From Mizuhopecten yessoensis (Eukaryota), in the NCBI RefSeq assembly GCF_002113885.1, contig NW_018406415.1, positions 1,069,735 to 1,133,734 of the forward strand: 64,000 nt of DNA. The letters run 5' to 3'. How positions within the stretch are numbered: position 1 is the first letter of the stretch; every line of letters starts with the position of its first letter. A program made the position numbers and the translations under genes. The notes under the pieces are model-generated. The model ran no database searches and was not told the DNA's origin. It saw only the letters and a list, made by a program, of their open reading frames with translations. Positions 23,452 through 36,730 of this stretch are shown here, one piece after another.

Positions 23452-24642
23452 ATGGCTATCTCCGGTCGAAGAATTGTGACATTTGGACTGATCATGACAG
23501 CTGTGTATATTTTGATTTACGTCTGTGGTGTGTCAAAGCGTGTTAAAGACCCATCCGACCCAAGATGCATTGCGAAAGGAAGTGCAACATTTGAGGAATT
23601 AGATTCAATGCAAAATTTCTCACTTGATTATCCATCAAAATACATTTACTCGAAAGAAAATACAAAATGGCTTGAAATCTTGGGGAAAAGTTTGTACCAG
23701 CCTGGAAAAGAAAGTTTGAATGTGTTTAACGAAACCTACCCTTTAAACGTGAACATGCGAGAACTGTTGAATACGTACAAGAGTGGAGGGTACGTAAGTC
23801 CCCTCAAGGTAAACGAGTATCCGTTCCGTTTCATACGGAACCCCACCAAAGTGTGTGAAAACGGACAAAAAGTCTTTCTTTTATTTATCATCAAATCCGC
23901 CCTACGCCATTTTGACAGACGACAAGCAATTCGCCAGACTTGGGCCAACCAGGAGCTTTGTAAGAGATTTGGAATTCGGCGGCTGTTTCTGACAGGTATA
24001 ATGCGTGGACAGACTCGGTTTCACGAGTTTCTACGGGATGAGATAATTTACTATGGTGATACTCTTCAAATAGATTTCTTTGATATGTATTATAATAACA
24101 CATGGAAAACACGTGGGGGAATTAAATGGGCGGTCAACGAGTGCAAACAAGCGGAGTATGTCATGTTGGTAGATGATGATTTCTATGTTGCTTCAGATCT
24201 CCTTGTCCAACTGTTACACACGGCCGGCAGATCACGGGATTTCTACATGGGATGGCTGAACGGGAATCCGACCCCAGTCCGCAACATGCGAGATAAATGG
24301 TTTGTCTCCAAACGGGATTTTCCATACCCAGTGTATCCCGATTTTATCAGCGCTGGAGCAATTGTAATGTCGATGGATTTCGTTGTGGACCTCTATATTG
24401 CTAGTCAGTACACGAATCACTTTAAGTTTGACGATGTTTTCGTTGGAATAGTGGCTTCCAAGCTCAAGGTCACACCTGTCTCGTGCAATCTCTTTACTAT
24501 GTTCAAAATCTGGTTCACAGCCGACCGGTTCTGGAAAACGCTTGTATCACATGAATACAAACCGAAAGAACTGTTGCAAGCATGGAAATGTCACGTGCTT
24601 ATTAGCAAACATGGATTGGACAGTAGCATCGATACGTCCTAG
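23452..24642 (+). CDS. brn: Beta-1,3-glycosyltransferase, GT31 family, brainiac/BRE-5-like (copy B); single exon
   Basis: 396 aa with the same motifs as copy A; 21 amino-acid differences by manual alignment (~95% identity). Confidence 0.9.
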   Translation: MAISGRRIVTFGLIMTAVYILIYVCGVSKRVKDPSDPRCIAKGSATFEELDSMQNFSLDYPSKYIYSKENTKWLEILGKSLYQPGKESLNVFNETYPLNVNMRELLNTYKSGGYVSPLKVNEYPFRFIRNPTKVCENGQKVFLLFIIKSALRHFDRRQAIRQTWANQELCKRFGIRRLFLTGIMRGQTRFHEFLRDEIIYYGDTLQIDFFDMYYNNTWKTRGGIKWAVNECKQAEYVMLVDDDFYVASDLLVQLLHTAGRSRDFYMGWLNGNPTPVRNMRDKWFVSKRDFPYPVYPDFISAGAIVMSMDFVVDLYIASQYTNHFKFDDVFVGIVASKLKVTPVSCNLFTMFKIWFTADRFWKTLVSHEYKPKELLQAWKCHVLISKHGLDSSIDTS

Positions 24643-24965
24643 TTTAGTGTTCAAATATTACATTGCTGTCAATTCTTGTTTTCAGCGGGAACTTTAAGAT
24701 ACGGAATCCGACAATCCAGTTAACTTGCGTTCCGGATCCGACATGTCATATAAATTGATTCTAAAGGACAAACATTTCATCAATTATACAATAAAGACAC
24801 CTGGTTACGTTATACATAGGTAAAAAGGTTATCTATGTGTTCGTTAACATGCAATGTAGAGATTGTATACAGTAGATATAAATGGCTGAAATGTAATCCT
24901 GTGCACCTCAGGAAATAATGTCACATGGGTAACGAATACGTAACGAAATCTAAAACCCTGTATCA

Positions 24966-25114
24966 ATTCGAGACCTACGTTGGGCAGTCGCCATGTACTA
25001 GCCGTAGGTCGGTGGTTTTCGCCGGGGACTCCGGCTTTCCTCCACCACCAAAATTTGGCACGTCCTTAAATGATCATAGCTGTTAATAGGACGTAAAACG
25101 CAAACAAACCAAAC
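24966..25114 (+). mobile_element. 5'-truncated SINE (V-domain-like) with TSD aaccctgtatca
   Basis: ttcgagacctacgttgggcag...ctccggctttcctccaccacc...ggacgtaaaacgcaaacaaaccaaac, flanked on both sides by aaccctgtatca. Confidence 0.8.
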
Positions 25115-27241
25115 AACCCTGTATCAGTTTAAAGAGAACTTACTTGAGAGTTAAACGAACGTTTCTTAACTTGAAAAATCCCTAACAAAATTGGAGTTAA
25201 AGAAAAATCTTTAGATAATTATAGTGTCGTTAGTCCAGCCCCACACCTGGGGATGGCACACTGGGTCATAGCATGGAAACAGTTGAGATTCCCACCATAT
25301 AACCCATATACAATTGCTACCAGGATTGGCCTGGATGTCCAGCCCCAACCATGGAGGCTTGCCCCATCGGTCTGATATGAAACATTTTAGATCCCACCCT
25401 ATAACCATATATACATATTGCTATGCATGTAGAGTTGACTACACTCATGCTTCCATGATTGGCTCGGTGATCCAGACCTGACCCTGGGGACTTTTGAGTT
25501 TTGATTCCCACCTCATAACCATATAAGTCAAGATCTGACCAAAGTGCCCTTACGACGTCGCAAATGAAAATGGAGAAAAAAGGAAATTCCGCTATTGCGC
25601 CATTCTGAATAACTTCATAAAATTTGTCTTAAAAACTTCTAAACTTTCATACACCACTGTGAAGTAAAATAGTAACACAAAGCAATAACTTTTGCACTGA
25701 TGTATTCCGTATTTCTTTCTCTTTAAAGGGACAAATTAGTGAAGTAAGTTTTTTTTATACCTTTGTCACAAAACCTTTCATGATTATATAGTTTGATATT
25801 CCTTATGAACAATTCATGTCGAGAAATGGGCAAGAGACAATGTTTTCTTGGCGTTTGTAATCAGGAATTGAGAAATCCTTAACTGTATAGCCGTACGTTA
25901 TAGCGGTAGCTGTCGGTAAAATTCTGGCTAACTAAAAAGTCTTTCCAGCCGAAGTGAGAAGTCGACTTTTCGCTTTATTCACCTAGCCTCTCTGGAATAC
26001 AAGTACACGCATTTATTTTGAATTAAACTCATCTTCCAGCAGCATCTCAAACAACGTTATAAACAAGTGATCTATTTAACGTTTAAACCTATTGATATCG
26101 TACTTTCTGCGGTTTGAAATTATTCCTGCTGCACCCTCTCATTACGTCTAGTTGAACCTGTTCGTTTTTATTCAAATCCAAATGTGAACAGAACTATCTT
26201 ATTAGAGGTATATATTATGATACTTTTAATTCTTATTTGCAATGTATTGTGTTATTCAAGAATGTGCTAAGTGTGAGCTCAGTCTGTGTACATGTTAACT
26301 TCTCACTATTGTGCTATTTCGGTCGTAGCTATTTTTATCACCGGCTTTCCCAAAAGATGAAACTGACCACACTGGACGTTGGCTTCAGGTCATGTCAGTA
26401 TCAACAACCTAAACTTGCATTGTGGGTATTTGTGTTAACTTGTTGTAATAATTGTAATGTGCTATGGCTTCTTGTTGCACACAGAAGTGTGGCCGAGTGC
26501 CTTAATAAAAAGTGAAATCTGAAATTTCGAATATGACACTATGTCAGATTACCCCGGACAGTGACGTATGCGTCTCTGCTAAGGGATCAGTTTAGACAGG
26601 TGTCACTGTTTATCTTATATGTAATCAAATCTTGTGTAATTAACTTACTTAAAATATTCAAGTACTAAAAAAATCTTTTCAATAAAAAAGAGATTTGTTT
26701 TAAGTGTGTGTTCTTGTTTACTAGTGAAGTATTTTTTGGATCATCGACTTTATTTGCTAAGATATTCTGCTGGCGAACTATTGTATTCACCATGCGAGTT
26801 TTGTTCGTTAAGAAACGATTACACTGTAGTTATAAATGTGTATGAGAGAGTGATATAACATGGAGTTCCAACTAATGTATTTACTTTTTTGTGACTTGTT
26901 ATTCACAAGGAGATCGAGTGTATCCTTCAACAGTCTAGCCTAGCTCTGCCTGAAATAGGACACCATTTTTCCAGACTGTAATATTTTTAAAGTTTGTAAT
27001 TGGACGTAAATAAATCGTGAAATCGACTTTGCGCCTTCTAACATTTGGCCCCTGAAAATCCCCCGTCGAAAGTTACTTCTCCTTCCACCTTAAACACTTG
27101 CCCTGGACAATATGTCTTCGACCGGGCCATGATTTCTTCATTAATGCGTTCAGGAACGGTTCGGTGAGTTGGTGAGATATAAGGTCGTTAGAGTTACCTC
27201 CCATCTGTATGCAATGTGTGTAGCGGCGAGGTAAGAACGAT

Positions 27242-28076
27242 AAGATAAGATGAATTATCTAAAGTCGGTGAGCATTTTAAACAAATAACATAAGCTCTAT
27301 AAAGCTTTTGACCGACATACATGTTACATACAAAGACATTCACACTTGGACAAGTTTGATATATTAACATTTAGGCAATACAAATATTAAATGAGATAAA
27401 ACACTTCAGATTTCGAGCTATTATCAGATAAACACCTTTTCTACACATTGTATAGTTAGAACAATACATGTAGCATATTTTAAAAACACATCAGATTTCA
27501 TGTGATAAAGTCAATAAATTAGCACTGATCTGATAAAATACATTTAAAATTGAGATAGGATAGGTGTGTAGAAATGAGGGTGATGGAGTTGAGGCTTCAT
27601 TTACAGGCTGAACATTTGCATTGGGTACCGTTCCAGGAGGATATTAAAGATTTGAGGGGAGTGAAGTTAGTTGTTGTCCTAAATGTGTTGGGTAGATTAT
27701 TCCAAAGGCAGGCTGCTGTGTATCTGTGTATCTGAATGATTTCGTGCCGTATGTAGTGGTTCTAACTTGTGGGGTGTATAATTTGTTGGTGTATCTGAAA
27801 CTGTAGTTGCAGTCATGGGGGTACGGTTTTGTGTATAATTTTGTATGTTTCTATTGCCATTTGTCTCATTCTTCTAATTTTTAAAGTAGGTATGTGTGCC
27901 CGGGTCAAGAGGTCATCGTAAGAACTGGAAAAGACATCATAGATAAATCTGAGTGCCCTAAACTGATTTTTTTTCTCTATTTTTGTAATATTTGTTTCAG
28001 AGCAGAAGTGCCAAGAGAGTGGGCAGAAGTTTAAGTGTGAAAGAATAAAGGTATGGAATATTTAAATTCGATATTT
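27242..28076 (-). mobile_element. L2/Crack-group LINE 3' fragment (unit B only)
   Basis: Minus strand translates to FILSHLNFCPLSWHFCSE...RALRFIY...RQMAIETYK...AACLWNNLP...WNGTQCKCSAC*, with a (tctta)n tail. Absent at the matching site in unit A (~19648). Confidence 0.75.
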
Positions 28077-28234
28077 AAATTCGAACAATATTTACATGTC
28101 ATGTTAATGTCCTTATTCTTATTATTTAAAGTAGACGGAACATGTACAATTTATTTACAAAGAGAAAGTATAAATTTACATTCAGAAATATTTAGTTTAT
28201 ACATCGTCCATTCCATACCAGCTCGGCTTCAAAC

Positions 28235-28700
28235 AATGACGAATTATCTCCCTTTGCATATCGGTCATTCGTCTGGCATTCGGTAAGCTTTCGGCGGAGT
28301 GCGCATGTAGCACAGACGGGCCCGGCGAAGCGTCCATCAAAACAGTTTCCATCCCGAAGTCAGAAGGACCCAGCCCACTTGTTTAGAAAAATTGTCACGG
28401 GTGCATACCAAGGTAAGTCGACCCTCCGAATCGTCTTCGGTTAAACAGCACGTCAGAATGTTGGTAGTTTACGTATTATTTCAAGTCGGCACCGGTTGTA
28501 CGCGATTTGAAAGCTACCGGCATTATTCGGAAGTATTTCTAATTCCGGTTTCCTATTTCATTTCACTGTTGATTGTCCATTTTTGGCATAACCTGATTGG
28601 GTTAGCGCGCGGATCGGATCATAGGTGTCGGCTGAGGTCAGATCATTCGACACAACATCTGTCTATACATTAGACGTTGAAACTTGATCCCATGTCACAG
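28235..28700 (+). promoter_or_regulatory. CpG-rich putative promoter and first (non-coding) exon of an unidentified long gene; donor AAG|GTAAGT at ~28412/28413
   Basis: High local CpG density, an NRF1-like gtgcgcatg at ~28299, a canonical donor, and an abrupt switch to CpG-poor sequence downstream. Confidence 0.5.
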
Positions 28701-29991
28701 ATCCGCTAATTGGTTTTGAAATGGATTATTTTTTAGAGGCGTTCGATATTATTTCTATGTCAGTTTGCTCTTTATTTCTGGGACGTGTAAATTTAATTTA
28801 ATTAATTGGATGACGTAATGCAAAATGTGAATGTGTTGTAATCAACATTGTATGTTTTAATTGTACATTGTTTGTTTACAAAATGCCATACACATAGTTA
28901 CTTATTCTGTATCAATATTAACAACAGTGTTACATGTTATGTTTTTTCAATTAGCAAATTAATTATCATTTATCTATTTTATAAAAAAATATTTATTGAT
29001 TTTGACATCACTACATTTGTTTTTAGGTTTATGCCTTGGTATCTGCTAATAAGCATGTTACATACAAATATCACTGTATGCTTGAATAAAGTTGACAGGC
29101 CTTCATATAATTGCTAACAGTATTGTATGTATCTGTTCTAAAGTATTTCTTGCTGTCTTACTTCTACAGCACAATTAAACACAACAGTTATAGCTGGTGT
29201 TACCTACAGATGCTATGACATTTATGGTATATTTTGTGTTTTAATTCGTCAAAAATTTATGAAAGAGTACAGTACTCTTAGGATAAAACACCGCTTAGTA
29301 ATTAATCACAAAAAGTTAAAGATGAATAATCGTCTGCTACCTAGACTTTACACCAGTACGACTTGTGTCAATGACATGTTGTACATTAAATATGTACATG
29401 TGTACTAGTAAACAGTGTCTAGACTATAGATATGACCTTAATGTGTATGTAAGAACAAGGCATATGACAACTTGGGAAATCCAGGATTAAGTGTCTAGTT
29501 AAGATATTAAGACATTGCTCATTGTGGTACATGGGGGTAACTCCCTAAATTTTCAAGAGGGGGGTTTTGGGTCATAAGATCATTTACACTCCTTTCTACC
29601 CCCCTACCCCCCTCTCCCCCACCCTGCATTCATCCTTGATTGTAACATTTCCTACAGACTGAGAGAGTCACATTTTCAACAAATAATCCAACTTTGGAGG
29701 AAAAATGAAAATAAAAAGAGAAAGTTTTAAGATATGTGAATGTTAAGTGTGGCAACACTTTTTCCTTGAGTGGTCCCACTATCGTTAGGCACCCTGCAAC
29801 CTTGACATTAGCCGTGTTGAGTGACCCCATCATCAGTTAAGACCATCTTTGTATGACCTTGACTGTAGACATGCCCTACCATCAGTGGACAGATTTTTGC
29901 CCAGATCTAGCTTTTTCAAAGACAAATAACCTGTGACAAACAAAAACTAGCAAACTATCGTAAATTTGTGTCAATATCAAAATTATGTGCT

Positions 29992-30082
29992 TTAACTCAT
30001 TCACCCCTACATTTTTAAAATGAACTTGCCCCGTCTTTGATTTGATAAGGTTCAAATGTAACTTTAGGGGTGAATGGGTTAA
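29992..30082. mobile_element. ~90-bp TTAA-flanked hairpin MITE (piggyBac-like termini), diverged copy
   Basis: ttaactcattcacccct...aggggtgaatgggttaa. Confidence 0.75.
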
Positions 30083-31983
30083 TTGGCAATGGCAAGATAG
30101 AGTTTTGAGACATCTACCTAAATGTACACTTGCTGCCTTCTTTTCCATACATTTCTGTAAGAACCTGGAATGTGAAACTGTGAGTTTGTGTTAATTCAAA
30201 CATACAGGTATATGTGTGTATCTTAGCATTGTACATGTATGATGATAATTGTATTGTATAGTGAATACCTGTTAATGTACTAGATACCTACATCTGTATG
30301 AAACAATTACATCCCCAGGGCACACAATTGTCCAGGCAATTTGTGACTGCAGTGTTGATCTTTTCTTTTTACCTAATTTCACAACAGCCTGTTCCTTTAT
30401 GAATTAGGAAAATATAACATTATTTGTATTGCAATTATTCTTATTTTTTGGTCATTTTGGGAAAATCAGGCACTTTTTAGCTGGGGGGAAACAGCCTGTA
30501 GTCGGCTGTAAAACTGAGCAAAAACAAATCACTGGACTATACTGGTACAGTATTTGACATAATAAGGGTGCTTGCTCCAATAAAGGCATAGCAAATGAAT
30601 TTTAAAATCATAATTCCCATGATTTACTGTATACTCCTTCATTGATGGGAAATTCATTTTAGGACGGGGATGAAAGTCAGACCTTCATGCATATGTCTAT
30701 TTTGCATTGTGAAAATTGTAAAAAAAAAAAAAAAAAAGACTTGTGTTGTTTGAGGGAAAATGTAAGTGAAGGTGCCCTACTCATCCTCTTCAACCCTTTT
30801 TCAAAAATATCTGTTTCTGAAAGCTTGTCTAGACCTTGTGCTGAAATTATTTGGATAGATGCATTTTTGATTGATTATTAGAAAGGCGCTTCATTCCAGT
30901 ATACATTTTTCTATAAATATTTATGTGAAAAGATTGAAGTATCCTATACGTATCTCCAACCATCTATGACGCTGGGTCAACACGGATATGAGCTTGTTAG
31001 AAGTCTGTTTGTGGACTCTGGTGCGTGTGGTTGATGTCATTGATTACGACAGCCTCAGTGTATATGTAGTATGTGAGAACTGTTTCTGTCTGTAGAGGTG
31101 TCAATATATACAGAAAGACCGCTAAACAAGTATCCCTGTCCGCCGTCAAAATCATCACTAAATGTGTTTCTTTTATCGATTATGTTATCTGAACAATCTA
31201 ATGCATTCTGAATATTCGTTCAGGCATGACGATCGGTTGTCATGGATACATGGTCATAGGAGAATAGCGCTCAGTCCTATATACCAGCTGCTGAAAATGC
31301 AGGTGTTTTTACAATATAAATACTTTATGATGACTGTGTATTAGATAGTTATATGTGTGGTATTCTGAAATCCTTGAACTTCAAATGTTGAGATTGATGC
31401 AGCACTGCAAAAAAATCAGGAAGATATGTACATATTATAATGCTATAAATAGTTTCCGGTTCACACAGTGAATATCCAATCAAGAAACTAATGTTTCTGT
31501 TCTGTAGCTTAAATTACATATTTACTGCATACATGCATATGGTTCGTCTGAGTGTATAGGCGATTGTGATACAACGATATCAAGGTAGAAAATCAACAAC
31601 ATTTAATCTTCAAGATCTGCATTTGATAAACAATCTTATTATTTTACATAACTTCACGTTTACCCCAGGCATGTCAATATAATTTTACATAATTCATTCA
31701 ATACAAGATTTTTGATACATTAAGATTTCAATCTTGAGGAATTTAAATTATCGATATTCCATTATGATTGGACTTTTAATGAAAGGCTGAAAAAGATTGT
31801 AAGAGTAGTTTCCTCAGGTACAAATGAATTCGTGTTTTGTCAATTAATTTGAATAAATTTCTTTGAATAATTTGTGGTGACGCATGAGATTTAAAAGTTG
31901 AAAATATCTGAATATTTGCGTTTTTTTGGTGAAATATTTAAATGAAAACTGGTGGGAGTGTTTTCTGAAATGTAACACCTGAG

Positions 31984-32692
31984 GAGGTGTCATAGTTGAT
32001 GGTTAGTGGTGTATGTGGTGATGAGGTGTCATAGTTGATGGTTAGTGGTGTATGTGGTGATGAGGTGTCATAGTTGATGGTTAGTGGTGTATGTGGTGAT
32101 GAGGTGTCATAGTTGATGGTTAGTGGTGTATGTGGTGATGAGGTGTCATAGTTGATGGTTAGTGGTGTATGTGGTGATGAGGTGTCATAGTTGATGGTTA
32201 GTGGTGTATGTGGTGATGAGGTGTCATAGTTGATGGTTAGTGGTGTATGTGGTGATGAGGTGTCATAGTTGATGGTTAGTGGTGTATGTGGTGATGAGGT
32301 GTCATAGTTGATGGTTAGTGGTGTATGTGGTGATGAGGTGTCATAGTTGATGGTTAGTGGTGTATGTGGTGATGAGGTGTCATAGTTGATGGTTAGTGGT
32401 GTATGTGGTGATGAGGTGTCATAGTTGATGGTTAGTGGTGTATGTGGTGATGAGGTGTCATAGTTGATGGTTAGTGGTGTATGTGGTGATGAGGTGTCAT
32501 AGTTGATGGTTAGTGGTGTATGTGGTGATGAGGTGTCATAGTTGATGGTTAGTGGTGTATGTGGTGATGAGGTGTCATAGTTGATGGTTAGTGGTGTATG
32601 TGGTGATGAGGTGTCATAGTTGATGGTTAGTGGTGTATGTGGTGATGAGGTGTCATAGTTGATGGTTAGTGGTGTATGTGGTGATGAGGTGT
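31984..32692. repeat. Perfect 39-bp minisatellite, 18 copies
   Basis: Unit gaggtgtcatagttgatggttagtggtgtatgtggtgat; no visible variants. Confidence 0.95.
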
Positions 32693-33084
32693 AGAAACAT
32701 AGGAGGGGGTTTGTATACTACTGTAGGTGTTTGGCTAATCTTCATCATCATCAGACTTGATTGCAGGGCTAGAACAACAGCTAAACAATGTAGGAGTGGA
32801 AATGGTTTTCTTCCAATTTGTGTCAGTCACCTCTGATGTATAGCCTGGTCTGGTATTTGGTGTACAGAAATAGACCATGACTGAGGTGAGAAAATAAAGA
32901 GGATTGTTGGTTCATGTCTGTATATATATAAAACTTACTCTTTCTTAAGAACTGTTTGTTCATAAGTTATGATGTTTTTCGTGAAAACAAGAGTATGATG
33001 CAGGCTAGTATGACTATATTATCGACCTTGTCATTTTGTGTCACATTGGTCTGGTGAATCTACATTTGTACAACTTAATTTGGG

Positions 33085-33275
33085 TGGTCGGGTGGCACGG
33101 TCTATAATGCACTAATGCTTTTCACCAAGAGTGAGAAGGAATGGGACCACATCAGTTTTCTTCGGGTACTCTGGTTTCCTCCCACATTAAGATCCTGTGC
33201 ACGCTAACATCCAGGCCAACAAGAGTGATTAATACACTTATAAGTGTTAATAACTTGATTCATAATTGTTGTTCA
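33085..33275 (+). mobile_element. Degenerate SINE with V-domain-like core and CR1-like tail
   Basis: ttttcttcgggtactctggtttcctcccaca core; the tail ttataagtgttaataacttg resembles the CR1 3' end at ~22565-22595. Confidence 0.55.
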
Positions 33276-33569
33276 ACAAAATGAAACCTGAAACACACAG
33301 ATAATTTTTTTTTGGCCTCAGTTTGACTTTGAGCGAGTTTCACGAGGCTATTATTTCGCCTATAGCGAAAATTTATCAATAATTCCATTGTTTCAGCTTA
33401 CTCAAATTCTGTATTCAAACAATTTAATATGTAGGTAAGGAAGGTCTGAACTACCACTTGACAGAATTGTCATTTTTGATGTTCAAAATATTATTTGGAA
33501 TTATCCGCCTATTCAAACTAACGCAAGTTTACTGTACCTCACAAAATGTTAGATTTTTTTACCCCTTAA

Positions 33570-35200
33570 TACTTTACAAAGTGTTACAATTTCTTCACAG
33601 TGATTATAACCTCACAAAGTGTTACAGTTTCTCTCCAGTGAAAGTGTTGCAGTTTCCACCCAGTGATTATTACCTCACAATGTGTTACAGTTTCCCCCCA
33701 GTGATTATAACCTCCCAATGTGTTACAGTTTCTCCCCAGTGATTATTACCTCACAATGTGCTACAGTTTCCCTCCAGTGATTATTACCTCACAATGTGAT
33801 ACAGTTTCCCCCTAGTGATTATTACCTCACAATGTGATACAGTTTCCCCCCAGTGATTATTACCTGACAAAGTGTTACAGTTTCCCCCCAGTGATTATTA
33901 CCTCACAATGTGCTACAGTTTCCCCCCAGTGATTATTACCTCACAATGTGATACAGTTTCCCCCAGTGATTATTACCTCACAATGTGATACAGCCCCCCC
34001 CCCAGTGATTATTACCTCACAATGTGCTACAGTTTCTCCCCAGTGATTATTACCTCACAAAGTGCTACAGTTTTCCCCCAGTGATTATTACCTCACAATG
34101 TGATACAGTTTCCCCCCAAAGTGATTATTACCTCACAATGTGTTACAGTTTCTCCCCAGTGATTATTACCTCACAATATGCTACAGTTTCTCCCTAGTGT
34201 TATTACCTCACAAAGTGTTAGTTTCTCCCAGTGATTATTACCTCACAATGTGTTACAGTTTCCCCCCAGTGATTATTACCTCACAATGTGATACAGTTTC
34301 CCCCCAAAGTGATTATTACCTCACAATGTGTTACAGTTTCCCTCCAGTGAATATTACCTCTCAAAGTGTTAGTTTCCCCCCAGTGATTATTACCTCACAA
34401 TGTGATACAGTTTCCCCCCAAAGTGATTATTACCTCACAATGTGTTACAGTTTCCCTCCAGTGATTATTACCTCACAAAGTGTTAGTTAGTTTCCCCCCA
34501 GTGATTATTACCTCACAATGTGATACAGTTTCCCCCCAAAGTGATTATTACCTCACAATGTGTTACAGTTTCCCTCCAGTGATTATTACCTCACAATGTG
34601 CTACAGTTTTCCCCCAGAGATTATTACCTCACAAAGTGTTACAGTTTCTCCCAGTGATTATTACCTCACAAAGTGTTACAGTTTCTCCCAGTGATTGTTA
34701 CCTCACAATGTGCTACAGTTTTCCTCCAGTGATTATTACCTCACAATGTGTTACAGTTTCCCTCCAGTGATTATTACCTCACAGTGTGCTACAGTTTTCC
34801 CCCAGTGATTATTACCTCACAATGTGATACAGTTTCCCCCCAAAGTGATTATTACCTCACAATGTGTTACAGTTTCCCTCCAGTGATTATTACCTCACAA
34901 TGTGCTACAGTTTCCCCCCAGTGATTATTACCTCACAAAGTGTTAGTTATTTTCCCCCCAGTGATTATTACCTCACAAAGTGTTACAGTTTCCCACCAGT
35001 GATTATAACCTCACAATGTGCTACAGTTTCTCCCCAGTGATTATTACCTCACAATGTGCTACAGTTTTCCCCCAGTGATTATTACCTCACAAAGTGTTAC
35101 AGTTTCCCCCCAGTGATTATTACCTCACAAAGTGTTAGTTTCCCCCAGTGATTATTACCTCACAAAGTGTTACAGTTTCTCCCCAGTGATTATTATCCCA
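33570..35200. repeat. ~38-bp minisatellite, ~42 variable copies
   Basis: Consensus cagtgattattacctcacaatgtg[t/c/a]tacagtttccccc. Confidence 0.95.
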
Positions 35201-36730
35201 CAATAATATCTGGATAGGTTCCAGGATAAACAGTGTAGTCATAATGCATTGTGGAGAATCTTCTGCTGAACTTGCAGTCTTTTTCATTTTCGAAATTTTG
35301 AAACGTACCTCTACTTCTCTTCAATGTACAAGTCATTCCTTTTGATGATGATTGACAAATATGTAAACTATTTCAATAAAATGTTTTCAAATGTGTCTTC
35401 AGGGGTGAATGAGTTAATGTCAGTGTAGACAGATTTCACTGTATCATTGGTATATTCACCTTGTAAGCGACTAAAAATGGTGTCAAATATTAAGTCACCT
35501 CTCAAATTATTTTTCAGTACGGTTCTTTGATCCTGGATTAAAATCTTTTAAACTATTGCAGTGCGAAAGTACATTTAGATATGTAGCACTTCTTGTACAT
35601 GTAATGTTATAGACCTATAGGGCATAGTTGACTGTAGCAACTCTTGCCAGGTCTGAAATCATGGATCTTGTCAATGAAAACGATATATATTTATTCCGTC
35701 ACAACTTCTATCTTTAAGGTAATAGTGCAAATATTTTATTACAAGACACTGCAGAATAGCTATAACCGGAGTTTTTATGACCAAAATGATGAGGTAAGCT
35801 TGTATAGAACCCCTACTACTGTTGTCATATTGGAAGTTAATGTGCCTTATTGAGGCATGTACAGATTAGCCGGTCTGTTTGAACTGTCAGATAAATGCAA
35901 ACTTTAGTGGGAGATTAAATGCTATGACGAGGTCCTGTATTGGTTGACAGTGTGATCGTGGGCCCATGCACTAACTTTGTCAGTTATGATTTAGGGCTGC
36001 CACACATGATCATCGGTCAAATCACCACAGGAAATCTCCTCTTCATGTTGTTGACAGGCCTGGGATGTGGGTCTGTTTGTGTAAGGGCGTGTCACCAAAA
36101 ACTCCAGTTGATATAAGAATTGTTCTTTTCATTAATTCTCTTTTGTAAATCATATGCCCCCTTTTTCTTAACTGCAAAAAAAAGCTAATTTGGTCAGTGA
36201 TCGCAATTGGCATTTGATAAAATCTATATTACTTTTACTTGTCACAAACATGGTCGGAGTATCCAGGCTCCACTTTTACACATAAAGCTTGTTAAATTTC
36301 TAGTTTTTGTGTTACATTGTTGAAAGCCTTAAAATGTTATTAGCAAGTAATTACCGGAAAATGAGAGAAAGGTGAGATTACATCAAAAAACATATTCCCT
36401 TTAAATGTCAGCAGAGTGAAGTACTAGAGTACATGTAGCTTATAAGGCTAGAGGCAATCGGTTTTACATAAGTAATTTACATAACACGTCAATTTCTCCA
36501 CAGAAATGACAGTATCTGAAATTGACATTGTTGTGTCAAAATTCTCAAGCTCTTGTACTTGAACTATTATTTTTTACCAAAGTAAACCTATAAAAGTACC
36601 ACCCTTAACTAACATTCATTCTTTTGAAATATTTCCTTACCTTTTTTTGACCCAAAATTTTATAAGGAAATATGCAGTGACTTTAGAAGATATAAATTGC
36701 ATATAGGAGAGCGCTAGGAATAATTCAGCT

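Larger units (their letters stand above)
5922..28294 (+). repeat. Direct segmental duplication: unit A ~5922-21048, unit B ~21127-28294
   Basis: Collinear shared blocks: 5922-6050/21127-21257; 6695-9670/22770-25728; 15668-16222/26411-27001; 19535-19696/27129-27241 plus 28077-28137; 20904-21048/28138-28294. Confidence 0.9.

Noticed and set aside
34140-34770. Repetitive ORFs (SDYYLTMCYSFPPVIITSQ)
   Set aside because: Translations of the 38-bp minisatellite with constant frame switching.
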